Below are positions 53,824 to 61,933 of a DNA stretch of 64,000 nucleotides, piece after piece (positions within the stretch are counted from its first letter, which is position 1; each line of letters opens with the position of its first letter). Both the position numbers and the translations under genes were made by a program. The stretch spans positions 960,001 to 1,024,000 of the forward strand of contig OZ242318.1 of the NCBI GenBank assembly GCA_965208105.1, written 5' to 3'. The stretch is from Candidatus Latescibacterota bacterium. Its GTDB lineage: Bacteria > Latescibacterota > UBA2968 > UBA8231. The notes under the pieces were generated by a model that did no database searches, was not told where the DNA came from, and was given only the letters and a program-made list of their open reading frames with translations.

Positions 53824-54870
53824 TTAAATGTCTTCGATGCCCACGGAAGCGGCGGCCTGGCGGATGGTCTCCCAGACATCGTCCTCGATGGGGATGCCGT
53901 CGCGGCGGCGGGTCCGGCGGGTGCGCTCTTCGAGATCGCCCGGGACCAGGACCTCGTCGAAGCCCGGCGCCGGCGGGGTCGTGCGGGTGCGCCGGCCCAT
54001 CTCATCGGCGGCGCGGGCGTAGTCGGCGAAGGGCTGAAAGAGGTCGGCCTTGAAGACCACCATCAAGGTGCCGGCGTAGCGGTCGTAGATGCCGCCGCGG
54101 TTCTCGTCGACGAAGTGGTCCGCGCCCGCGAAGATGCGGCCCAGGTAGTCGACCGCCAGCATCAGGGCGTACCCCTTGTGGCCGCCAAAGGCCACATGGC
54201 CGCCGCCGTTGAAAAAATCGGCCGGATCGGTGCTGGGGTTGCCCGCCTCGTCGACGATGCAGCCGGGCGGCAACTCCTCCCGGCGGCGGTGGGCGTTGAC
54301 GACCTTGACCCCGGCTACCGTGGTAGTGGCGTAGTCGAAGAACATGGGCGGGGCCTCGCCCGCGGGGAAACCCATGGCGAGAGGGTTGGTGTGCATGGTC
54401 CTGCCGCGCCCCCCATAGGGCACGGCCGTGGGGTTTTTGTTGCCCTGGCCGCCCAGAAAGACCATGGAGATCATACCCTTCCCGGCGGCCATCTCCACGT
54501 AGTGGCACAGGCGGCCGATGTGGTGGGACTGCACCAGGCCGGCGATGGCGACGTTGTGCTCAGCGGACTTTTCAATGGCCCGTTCCATGGCGTAGCGGGC
54601 GGCGATATGGCCGAAGGTCCAGTTGCCGCTCACCTGGACGCTGGCAGGGGTTTCTTTGACGACCGCGGGTCGGGCTGCAGGATCCAGCTGGCCGTCCTGG
54701 ATGTGCTCGACATAGCCTTTCAGGTGCCACACCCCGTGCGAGTCGACCCCGCTGAGGTTGGCCAGCACCAGGTGCTCGGCCACGCCCCGGGCATTGTCCG
54801 GGGTGGCGCCGGCCGCCAGCAGGATTCGGGTCGTCAGTGCCGTGAGTTCAGCGGCTGATTTTACGATCAT
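53824..54870 (-). CDS. Ldh_2-family oxidoreductase (malate/L-lactate/sulfolactate dehydrogenase-like)
   Basis: ANLSGVDSHG, SHHIGRL, TNPLAMGFP, FGGHKGYAL, VLVPGDLE. Confidence 0.92.
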   Translation of the reverse strand: MIVKSAAELTALTTRILLAAGATPDNARGVAEHLVLANLSGVDSHGVWHLKGYVEHIQDGQLDPAARPAVVKETPASVQVSGNWTFGHIAARYAMERAIEKSAEHNVAIAGLVQSHHIGRLCHYVEMAAGKGMISMVFLGGQGNKNPTAVPYGGRGRTMHTNPLAMGFPAGEAPPMFFDYATTTVAGVKVVNAHRRREELPPGCIVDEAGNPSTDPADFFNGGGHVAFGGHKGYALMLAVDYLGRIFAGADHFVDENRGGIYDRYAGTLMVVFKADLFQPFADYARAADEMGRRTRTTPPAPGFDEVLVPGDLEERTRRTRRRDGIPIEDDVWETIRQAAASVGIEDI

Positions 54871-54927
54871 TGCCCTGGCTCCACATGGGTTGAAACAGGA
54901 CGAGTATCGCCTTTGCCGCTGCGCTCG

Positions 54928-55057
54928 TCAACGAGCGAGGACCGGCTGCTTACTTCCCGGCCGACCTTCCACCCACGTGATGGAGACGTTCTCCGCCCCG
55001 AACTGGCCGGGTGCGATCTGGATCTGGCTTTGGGCGCGGGCATTGGGCGCCAGGAGC
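54928..55057 (-). pseudogene. Possible cupin-domain fragment
   Basis: APGQFGAENVSITWVEGRPGSKQ resembles the first strands of small cupins. No start and no His motif. Confidence 0.35.
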
Positions 55058-56692
55058 TCACAGTTTACGCGAGGGCCATGCAAAAGGGCGCCGGCCGTCG
55101 TGCCCGTAGGTGAAGAGCGCGGTCCGCCTGGGTGACTCGGCCTCCCAGCGGTACGCCCCGTGACAGACCGTCGCTCCAAGGAAGAAGAGGACAGACCCGC
55201 GGCGCATTGGAATGTGGCGGATCGGCGCGCGCTCGTTGCAGACCCGCACCGAATGCGGCAAGGGGTAGCACGATTTGTGACTGCCCGGCACTACGACGAA
55301 TCCGCCATCGTCCGGCCCGACGTCGTTCAGCTGCCAGGCGACGTTGATGACCGATTTCGTGTGCACGCGCCCGTTCACCATTTCGTAGTGCCTGCCGATG
55401 CTGGTCGGGTTGGCGTTGCCCGCGTGCAGCATCTGCCCGCTCGAGCCTTTGACGTGGCAAAGGGCCGTGTTCTGAGTTACCCTGTACCCTGGTCCGATCA
55501 TCCAGTTCAGGCGCTGGATGACGGCCGGATGCGCCAGCATTTTGAGGAATGGCGCATTGTGCGGCGCAGGTAGCTGAAACAAGTCCTTCAGGTCGGGCCT
55601 GCCCGTGCCCGAGATCGTCGGCCCCCCGGGGATGTCGGCAAGCGTCACGTCCCCGTCGAGCTTGTCGCCTACGCCCCGGTACACCAGGCGGTCGAGGTTG
55701 GCGTCGATGCCCGCCACGGCCGCATCGACCCAATCGTCGTCCATGACGCCCTCGACCAGCAGGAAGCCCTGGGTGTCAAACGCCCAGCGATCGGCATGAT
55801 CATCCCGGAGTTCGAACTCGAGAGCAGTGGAGGCCTCCTGCGCCGCGTCGATATCGTCGGCGGAGGTGAGCCAGGTGGTAGTGCCGTCCGACAGGAGCAG
55901 GCGATTCGAGTCGCCGCCCGCCAGCACGGTTTGCTCGGCCTCGCCCAGCCCTTCCGCCCATGCGGGTAGGGGCTGTTTGTCCTGCTGGTCAGGCGGCCCC
56001 TGTGGCCGAGCCGCGCGCGAGATGAAATTCACCACGAGCAGTTCGCCCTCATCACCCTGCGGGCAGACTCCGTGCAGCGTGCTGGCGGCGCACAGCAGCA
56101 CGTCACCCGCCGCCAGCGCCGGGCGCTCGGCGAGGGGGCTGGAGGATGGAATCGGTGGGGCGGGCAGCCCGCTCTTGTGCGAGCAGGGCACGACCACCAG
56201 CGGGCCCTTGCCTTCCGCGGAGTCCGTGAGGGCGATGGCCGCCACCAGCCCCTGGCACTGCCGGATGCGGACCTCTTCCCAGGCGCCGCCGGCGCGCTGG
56301 AGCATGGTTCCGTCGACGTTGCGGCCATTCCACCCCGCCACGTTGATGTAGGCCCGGTCCAGCGTGTGCGCCCCGCCTTCCAGTGGCAGCGAGGCTTCGT
56401 CGTACCCTCCCGCGGCGGCCGCAGGGACGTGCCTCGCAGAGCCGTCCTGGAGAAAGCCATCGCCGCAGAGCTCGCGCACGTAGCGTCCGACGGCGCCGGC
56501 CTCGCTGCAGAGATCGCCCAGCCCATCGCCGCCGTCGCGGCACGCGGACAGCTCGGCCTGGCTGAGGAGTTGCGGCAGCACGACGAACCCGAGCGCGTCG
56601 AAGGTGAAGTTCTGCTCTGAGGTTAGGATCGACGGCTCGTGCACGTGCGTCGCCTCGTTCCAGTGGTTCACGGTATAGGAGTCGCTGGCCAT
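55058..56692 (-). CDS. Tandem two-domain PhyH-family protein lacking the HxD carboxylate
   Basis: Two repeats: FDALGFVVL...ALTD...VVPCSHKS...TLHG and FDTQGFLLV...MLHAG...WQLND...GGFVVVPGSHKS...VCHG...RRTALF. Confidence 0.8.
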   Translation of the reverse strand: MASDSYTVNHWNEATHVHEPSILTSEQNFTFDALGFVVLPQLLSQAELSACRDGGDGLGDLCSEAGAVGRYVRELCGDGFLQDGSARHVPAAAAGGYDEASLPLEGGAHTLDRAYINVAGWNGRNVDGTMLQRAGGAWEEVRIRQCQGLVAAIALTDSAEGKGPLVVVPCSHKSGLPAPPIPSSSPLAERPALAAGDVLLCAASTLHGVCPQGDEGELLVVNFISRAARPQGPPDQQDKQPLPAWAEGLGEAEQTVLAGGDSNRLLLSDGTTTWLTSADDIDAAQEASTALEFELRDDHADRWAFDTQGFLLVEGVMDDDWVDAAVAGIDANLDRLVYRGVGDKLDGDVTLADIPGGPTISGTGRPDLKDLFQLPAPHNAPFLKMLAHPAVIQRLNWMIGPGYRVTQNTALCHVKGSSGQMLHAGNANPTSIGRHYEMVNGRVHTKSVINVAWQLNDVGPDDGGFVVVPGSHKSCYPLPHSVRVCNERAPIRHIPMRRGSVLFFLGATVCHGAYRWEAESPRRTALFTYGHDGRRPFAWPSRKL

Positions 56693-56904
56693 GGCTAGAC
56701 CTCGCTGGATTCTGGAGGGTGGACGGTGTTTTCCGGCATCTCTGTCCCACTCAACCCATTCAACATCCGCGGCTGTGCTGCCTGCCGAAAACACCGCTGC
56801 GGCGGCAAACTAAACAAAGTTCGCCTATCTTACAACTACGGCCACGTGGGTCCAGGGTGTCGGTCTCTCACGCGGCTCAAAGCGTCTGATACCTGAGGCC
56901 TCTG

Positions 56905-56949
56905 GCCTGACACTGGCGATGCGCTCCGCGCCTTGACCGAGAGTCCAAA
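56905..56949 (+). repeat. IS-end-like dispersed repeat, copy 2 (3'-truncated)
   Basis: GCCTGACACTGGCGATGCGCTCCGCGCCTTGACCGAGAGTCCAAA, ending 15 bp before the LLM gene start. Confidence 0.8.
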
Positions 56950-56964
56950 GTGGGGGATTGAATC

Positions 56965-57963
56965 ATGCGATTCGGCCTGAGACTTATCGAATACCTGGGC
57001 CCGGTGCCTGAACTGGTGCGGCTGGCGGTCGCGGGCGAGAAGGCCGGCTTCGATAGCGTCTGGTTCCCGCATGACACCTTCATGCGCCACACCTGGGTGA
57101 CTACTTCGGCGGTCGCCACCGCCACAGAACGCATCGAGATCGGGTCTGTGGGGACCAATCCCTACACGACCCATCCGCTGGAGTTGGCCACGTATGCCGC
57201 GACGCTGGACGAGCTGTCAGGAGGGCGGTTCATTCTCGGCATGGGGCTACACACCCTGGACATGATCGGCTGGGCCGGAGTGGACGCTTCAGACTTCCTC
57301 CAGCGACACCGCGAGGCGGTGCACCTGATCCGGGGACTGTGGCGGGGCGAGGTCATGGAGTATGACGGTGAAGTGTTTCGGTGGGGACCGGAATGCTACC
57401 TGCGATTCAAGCCACTACGCCCTGACATTCCTATCTACCTGTCCGCGTTCGGGGAGGACTTCCTGCGATTGAGCGGCGAGATCGGCGACGGCAGCCTGCC
57501 GATGATCACGCCTCCGGCATCAGCAAAGCAGATGATCGCACCGATACGCGAGGGCCTGTCGGCAAGATCGGACACAAAGAATGATTACATGATTTCGGGC
57601 TGTGGCTGGCTTTCGCTCTCGGAGAAAAAGATCGCAGCCTCGGAAGTCATGAAGAACATGGCCGCCTATTTCGGCCCCTATCTCGAGGACCATGCCCTTG
57701 AGACCATCGGGCTTCGGGCCGCCGACTTCGCGCCGCTTCGCGAGTTGGTGGATGCGGGGCGCATGGAAGAAGCGCGTGACCACGTAACGCCGGACATGCT
57801 GCGGCTGGGAATTGCCGGAACGCCCGCCGAAGTCATTGCCCAGATCCATGAGTTGGCCGAAGCCGGCGTCAACGAGGTAAACCTTGGTGGTCCATTGGGG
57901 CCTGATCCGGAAGAAGCCATACGCCTGATAGGCGAGGAGGTCATCCCCGCCTTTCGCGGCTAG
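56965..57963 (+). CDS. LLM-class flavin/F420-dependent oxidoreductase (Mer-like)
   Basis: EKAGFDSVW, ATERIEIG, TNPYTTHP, TLDELSGGRFILGMG, IPIYL, GEIGDG. Confidence 0.9.
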   Translation: MRFGLRLIEYLGPVPELVRLAVAGEKAGFDSVWFPHDTFMRHTWVTTSAVATATERIEIGSVGTNPYTTHPLELATYAATLDELSGGRFILGMGLHTLDMIGWAGVDASDFLQRHREAVHLIRGLWRGEVMEYDGEVFRWGPECYLRFKPLRPDIPIYLSAFGEDFLRLSGEIGDGSLPMITPPASAKQMIAPIREGLSARSDTKNDYMISGCGWLSLSEKKIAASEVMKNMAAYFGPYLEDHALETIGLRAADFAPLRELVDAGRMEEARDHVTPDMLRLGIAGTPAEVIAQIHELAEAGVNEVNLGGPLGPDPEEAIRLIGEEVIPAFRG

Positions 57964-57989
57964 CCGTTTTCCGGGCCAAGGCGAGCATC

Positions 57990-58071
57990 GTGAAGACTTG
58001 CGATGACCTCATCATTCTCGGCGGCAGCCACAACGGGCTGGTTTGCGCCTGCGACCTTGCCGGCGCCGGGC
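57990..58071 (+). pseudogene. N-terminal relic of a phytoene-dehydrogenase-like FAD oxidoreductase
   Basis: DLIILGGSHNGLVCACDLAGAG (degenerate GxGHNGL Rossmann start), cut where the IS-derived sequence begins. Confidence 0.65.
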
Positions 58072-58260
58072 ATACGGCGGAGTGTACTCTCAACGCTCCT
58101 TCAAGCCCCGGATTGATCCGGATACGCGCCGACAGGCGACCAAACTACCTGCAAGCTCGCTCGAAGGACCAGCAAACGATCCTCAGGAAGCTGCCTGACC
58201 CTGGCGGTGCGCTCAGCACCTTGACCGAGGGTCCAAAAGGTCCTCATTTTACCTGTACTT
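58072..58260 (+). mobile_element. IS-end-like repeat, copy 3, with about 41 codons of putative transposase C-terminus
   Basis: YGGVYSQRSFKPRIDPDTRRQATKLPASSLEGPANDPQEAA* (TGA 58196-98) followed by the conserved end ...CCTCATTTTACCTGTACTT. About 110 bp are shared with 63734-63846. Confidence 0.75.
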
Positions 58261-58306
58261 TCCCAACCGGAAGAACCCATCAAGCATGAACTGAGGGGGT
58301 CAAAAA

Positions 58307-59230
58307 ATGAAAAAAGCAAGCTCGGCAGAGGCAAAGGAACCTGTCATTCCCACCTACGCCAACGAACAGGTCCTTGAGGAACCGGCGAGAAGAATAAGGC
58401 AGGAGCTCTACCACGATGCAGGCTACGATGCGATCTGGCGGCTCTCCAACTGCGGTTTCGTCCTTCGGCTGAACACTACCTACATCTTCTTCGATCCCAT
58501 TCTTACTTCTCCTCTTCCCTCTTACGTTGCCCATCGGAAGCGGGTTGAGGAAGGCGGTGAACATCCGTACCGCCTGGAGTTGAAATACCATGACCGCCCG
58601 GAGAATGTCTCAAAGGAGATTCATACCCTGCCGCTCTACCCGGAAGAGATAGAAAAGGCCGATTTTGTGATGCTCAGCCACGAGCACGCGGACCATTTCG
58701 ACCTCACCGGCTTGCAGCGGTTGGCTCACTTGAATCCCACTATCGTGGCTCCCAGGTCCTGTCACGCGGAACTGAAGAAAATCGGCTATCCCGATCGGAG
58801 CATCGTGGAAGCCGGATATGGTGAAACCCGGGAGTGGAATGAATTTTCAGTGCGAATCGTGCCGGCCAGCCACCACGGCTGCACTGATGCCTGCGGCTAC
58901 CTGCTCAGTACTCGACACGGAAATATCTACTTCCACGGCGACGGAAGATTCGACCACAAGGATAAGGAGGAAGTCGTCGGTCTGGATGTCGACTACCTTC
59001 TCCTCCCCATCAACGACACCAATCTCGGCGTCGGATTCGCCGCCCTTCTCACCCACCTGCTCCAGCCCCGGGTCGTCATTCCCTGCCACTACGGCTACAT
59101 CTATCCCGCCCTGCGCCACCAGGGAGGGCATCCGGCGGAATTCGTTACTGCCCTGGCTGCGCGCAACTACAAGATACCCGGCACCGACATCATGATTCTC
59201 AGCCCCGGAGGAAGGGTGATTCTGGCGTAG
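58307..59230 (+). CDS. MBL-fold metallo-hydrolase (UlaG-like)
   Basis: FFDP, SHEHADHFD, PASH, IYFHGD, LLLPIN, VIPCHYG. Confidence 0.85.
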   Translation: MKKASSAEAKEPVIPTYANEQVLEEPARRIRQELYHDAGYDAIWRLSNCGFVLRLNTTYIFFDPILTSPLPSYVAHRKRVEEGGEHPYRLELKYHDRPENVSKEIHTLPLYPEEIEKADFVMLSHEHADHFDLTGLQRLAHLNPTIVAPRSCHAELKKIGYPDRSIVEAGYGETREWNEFSVRIVPASHHGCTDACGYLLSTRHGNIYFHGDGRFDHKDKEEVVGLDVDYLLLPINDTNLGVGFAALLTHLLQPRVVIPCHYGYIYPALRHQGGHPAEFVTALAARNYKIPGTDIMILSPGGRVILA

Positions 59231-59265
59231 CAATCCAAGGAGGCTTATACCCCGGCGCCTTTCGT

Positions 59266-59295
59266 TTGCAAAGAATGGCCCATAAGCCGTATAAT
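59266..59295 (+). promoter_or_regulatory. Sigma70 promoter for a probably leaderless hpt transcript
   Basis: TTGCAA-N18-TATAAT, then 7 nt to the ATG at 59303. No Shine-Dalgarno. Confidence 0.65.
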
Positions 59296-59302
59296 CAAGA
59301 GC

Positions 59303-59848
59303 ATGCCTCGCAGTCAGTTTGAAACTCCCGCCTTAAGAGTGCTGATTGAGCGCCAGCAAGTGGAGCAACGCATCGGCGAGTTGGCCAAGATGATAGCCGT
59401 CGACTACGCGGGGTCTGCCCCCTTATTTATTGGCCTCCTCAACGGAGCAGTACAGTTTACGGCGGCCCTGATGGACCGCCTGCCCGAGGAGTTATTGGTG
59501 CGGTTGGACTACGACTTCGTTGGTGTTTCGAGCTATCAGGGCACGGAAAACACCGGACAGATCGAGCTGACCAAAGACCTCGTTGTCGACGTAGCCGGAC
59601 GAGACGTGCTCGTCGTCGATGGCATCGTCGATACGGGCCGATCCCTGGACTTTGTGATAGCCACGATAAAGTCGCGGCAACCTCTTTCGCTCAGAGCGTG
59701 TACGTTGCTCAACAAATCTGTCCGCAGGGAGATTCCAGTGACGATAGATTACTGTGGTTTTGAAATTGAAGACACGTTCGTCGTCGGCTACGGCATGGAT
59801 TGCGACCAGCGCTACCGCGCCCTGCGCCACATCGCCACCATTGGATGA
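59303..59848 (+). CDS. hpt: Hypoxanthine phosphoribosyltransferase
   Basis: RIGELA..IAVDY, VSSY, GRDVLVVDGIVDTG, CTLLNK, DYCGFEIEDTFVVGYGMD..QRYR.L. Confidence 0.88.
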   Translation: MPRSQFETPALRVLIERQQVEQRIGELAKMIAVDYAGSAPLFIGLLNGAVQFTAALMDRLPEELLVRLDYDFVGVSSYQGTENTGQIELTKDLVVDVAGRDVLVVDGIVDTGRSLDFVIATIKSRQPLSLRACTLLNKSVRREIPVTIDYCGFEIEDTFVVGYGMDCDQRYRALRHIATIG

Positions 59849-59947
59849 TATAGGGGAGAAGAGAAGCCATGGCCCCCGCGTTTGCATCCAATAACCCCGC
59901 TGTGCACGCCCTGAAGGATTTCTACTGCCCCCACGACTGAGGACGGA

Positions 59948-60328
59948 TCAGCCCTCAGTCAGGATGGCGTAGACCTCGATCTCCACGCGCAGTTGGGGAT
60001 TTGCCAGAGCGGCCACTTGCACCAGGGTCGAGGCCGGCTTGACCTCGGCGAAGCGCTCGCGGTGGGCCCGGGCCACCTCCTTCATGTCCGACATGTCAGT
60101 CACGTAGACGACCGTCCGCACCACGTCCTTGATGTCCGCCCCCGCCTCGGACAGGGCCGCGGCGATGATGTCGAGAGCAGCCGCCGATTGCTCGTAGGCG
60201 CCTCCATCGTCGTGGGGCGGTCTGGCGCAGGTGCCGGCCACGTGGACCTGGTCGCCAACCCGCACCGCCCGCGAATAGGCGAACTCCTCCTCGAAGTAGT
60301 TATTGCTCGATATGTTCCGCCGTGTCAT
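59948..60328 (-). CDS. RidA/YjgF/UK114 family protein
   Basis: YSRAVRVG..VHVAG, DVVRTVVYVTD, PASTLVQVAAL, VEIE. Confidence 0.9.
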   Translation of the reverse strand: MTRRNISSNNYFEEEFAYSRAVRVGDQVHVAGTCARPPHDDGGAYEQSAAALDIIAAALSEAGADIKDVVRTVVYVTDMSDMKEVARAHRERFAEVKPASTLVQVAALANPQLRVEIEVYAILTEG

Positions 60329-60389
60329 GGGTCTCCTTTTCTACTTCAGCAGCAGCATCTTGCTCATTGCCGCGTGCCCGGGCTGTTTT

Positions 60390-61619
60390 CTACCAGGCGA
60401 GGTGCCAGGGAACAGCGCGGATGCCCGGCCGCAAAGCATGCGGTGCATCGACGCGGCAAGCGAGGACGCCGCGAGCTTGAGTGCCGGCAAGGTCGAGCCA
60501 GCGCGCCAGACCCTCAGCGTGGTTTGGCGAAGGCATGGCCGTAGCCTCGACCTCGATGCCGTAGGGCGAGCCGCCGCGTTCGATGACGAGATCTACTTCG
60601 GCGATGGTGTTCGATTGCCAGTAGTACAGGTTCGGTTTTTCGCCCTGTTGCCGACAGGCTTTCAGCCATTCTCCTACCACGGCTGTTTCCACCAGCGCTC
60701 CCAGACTGGGGCCCTGGAGGACTGATTCCTGCGTGTGGAGGCCGAGAAAGAAGGTGGCCAGCCCAGGGTCAATCAGGTAGAGCCTGGGACTTTTGCGCAG
60801 GCGTTTGCCCAAGTTGCGGTAATAGGGTTGCAGCAGATAAATGATCTGGCTGGTTTCCAGCACCGAAAGCCAGCGCTTGACCGTCGGGTTGCTGACGCCG
60901 ACTTCGCGGCTGAGTTCGGTCATGTTGAGCGTGGTACCAGTGCGGGCACCGACGAGCATGAGGAAGCGGGTGAAAGCCCCCAGGTTGGCGATCTGGGCGA
61001 GGTCGCGCACGTCGCGTTCGAGGTAGGTTTGGACATAGCTGCCAAACCAGAGTTGTCGATCCACCCGCGGGTTGACCCTTGGCTCGGGGAAGCCGCCGCG
61101 CAAGAGCCAGTCTGCGAGGTTGACAGGCTGCACTGGTCGGTCCGTTGCCCAGGGATTGTTGAACACCTTGTCCAGCAGGGCATCAATGCCAGACGGCGCT
61201 GGTTGTTGTTCGACTTCGGTTGTGGAGAGCGGGTCCAGGGTGAGGACGGCGACGCGACCTGAGAGGGTTTGGCTGAGGCCGTGCATGAGCGCGAAGTGCT
61301 GCGATCCGGTCAGAAGCCAGCGGCCAGGGAAGCGGTTCGCGTCGATATCTTCCTTGATGTAGTGGAGGAGGTCCGGCGCGTATTGGATCTCGTCGAGGAT
61401 AGCCGGTGGGGCGGCCTCGGCGAGGAAGGAGATTGGATCGGCCTGGGCGCGCGCCCGGATGTCGGGGCGTTCGAGCGAGAGATAGCGGTGAGAAGCGCCA
61501 AACTCCCGGCGCAACAAGGTAGTTTTGCCCGTCTGCCGCGCACCGGTGATCAGCACGGCGGGAAAGGATGCGGCAGCCCGGAGGACAGTTTGCGTTAAAT
61601 GGCGCTTAACATAGGGCAT
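60390..61619 (-). CDS. AAA_14 ATPase plus DUF4143 protein, paralog 2
   Basis: GARQTGKTT, ILDEIQ, LTGSQ, TLSGR, GGFP, TYLERDV, KSPRLYLIDPGL, EVDLVIE...IEVE. Confidence 0.92.
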   Translation of the reverse strand: MPYVKRHLTQTVLRAAASFPAVLITGARQTGKTTLLRREFGASHRYLSLERPDIRARAQADPISFLAEAAPPAILDEIQYAPDLLHYIKEDIDANRFPGRWLLTGSQHFALMHGLSQTLSGRVAVLTLDPLSTTEVEQQPAPSGIDALLDKVFNNPWATDRPVQPVNLADWLLRGGFPEPRVNPRVDRQLWFGSYVQTYLERDVRDLAQIANLGAFTRFLMLVGARTGTTLNMTELSREVGVSNPTVKRWLSVLETSQIIYLLQPYYRNLGKRLRKSPRLYLIDPGLATFFLGLHTQESVLQGPSLGALVETAVVGEWLKACRQQGEKPNLYYWQSNTIAEVDLVIERGGSPYGIEVEATAMPSPNHAEGLARWLDLAGTQARGVLACRVDAPHALRPGIRAVPWHLAW

Positions 61620-61637
61620 ATTATGCGAGACCTGGTT

Positions 61638-61674
61638 TCTTGCAAATTTAACATCTTATGTTAGATCTGCAAGA
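61638..61674. promoter_or_regulatory. 35-37 bp palindrome upstream of AAA/DUF4143 paralog 2
   Basis: TCTTGCAAATTTAACAT-ctt-ATGTTAGATCTGCAAGA, about 19 bp from the start codon, with the same geometry as 43387-43423. Confidence 0.8.
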
Positions 61675-61769
61675 GTTGGTCGCCGCTTCCGGCTGGTTAC
61701 TTGAGGTAGAGCAACCGGCGTCTACGCTCCCTTGGGGTGACGCAGGCGCGGGCACAGTTCAAGTTCGCC

Positions 61770-61838
61770 GCCTGACCTGCCTTCTCGACTTGGCGCCTTG
61801 CCCGAGAGTCCAAAACGGTGCCTCATTTTCCTATACTT
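61770..61838 (+). repeat. IS-end-like dispersed repeat, copy 4 (diverged)
   Basis: GCCTGACC...GGCGCCTTGCCCGAGAGTCCAAAACGGTGCCTCATTTTCCTATACTT. The preceding frame also ends in ...FAA*. Confidence 0.75.
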
Positions 61839-61933
61839 CGATCTCGAGTTGGAGAAAATTGGATTAGCGACGGGAAGCAACTTGGTATTTCTACTTTAAC
61901 TCAAAAAATGTCGCCTACTTAATCCCCTCATTT

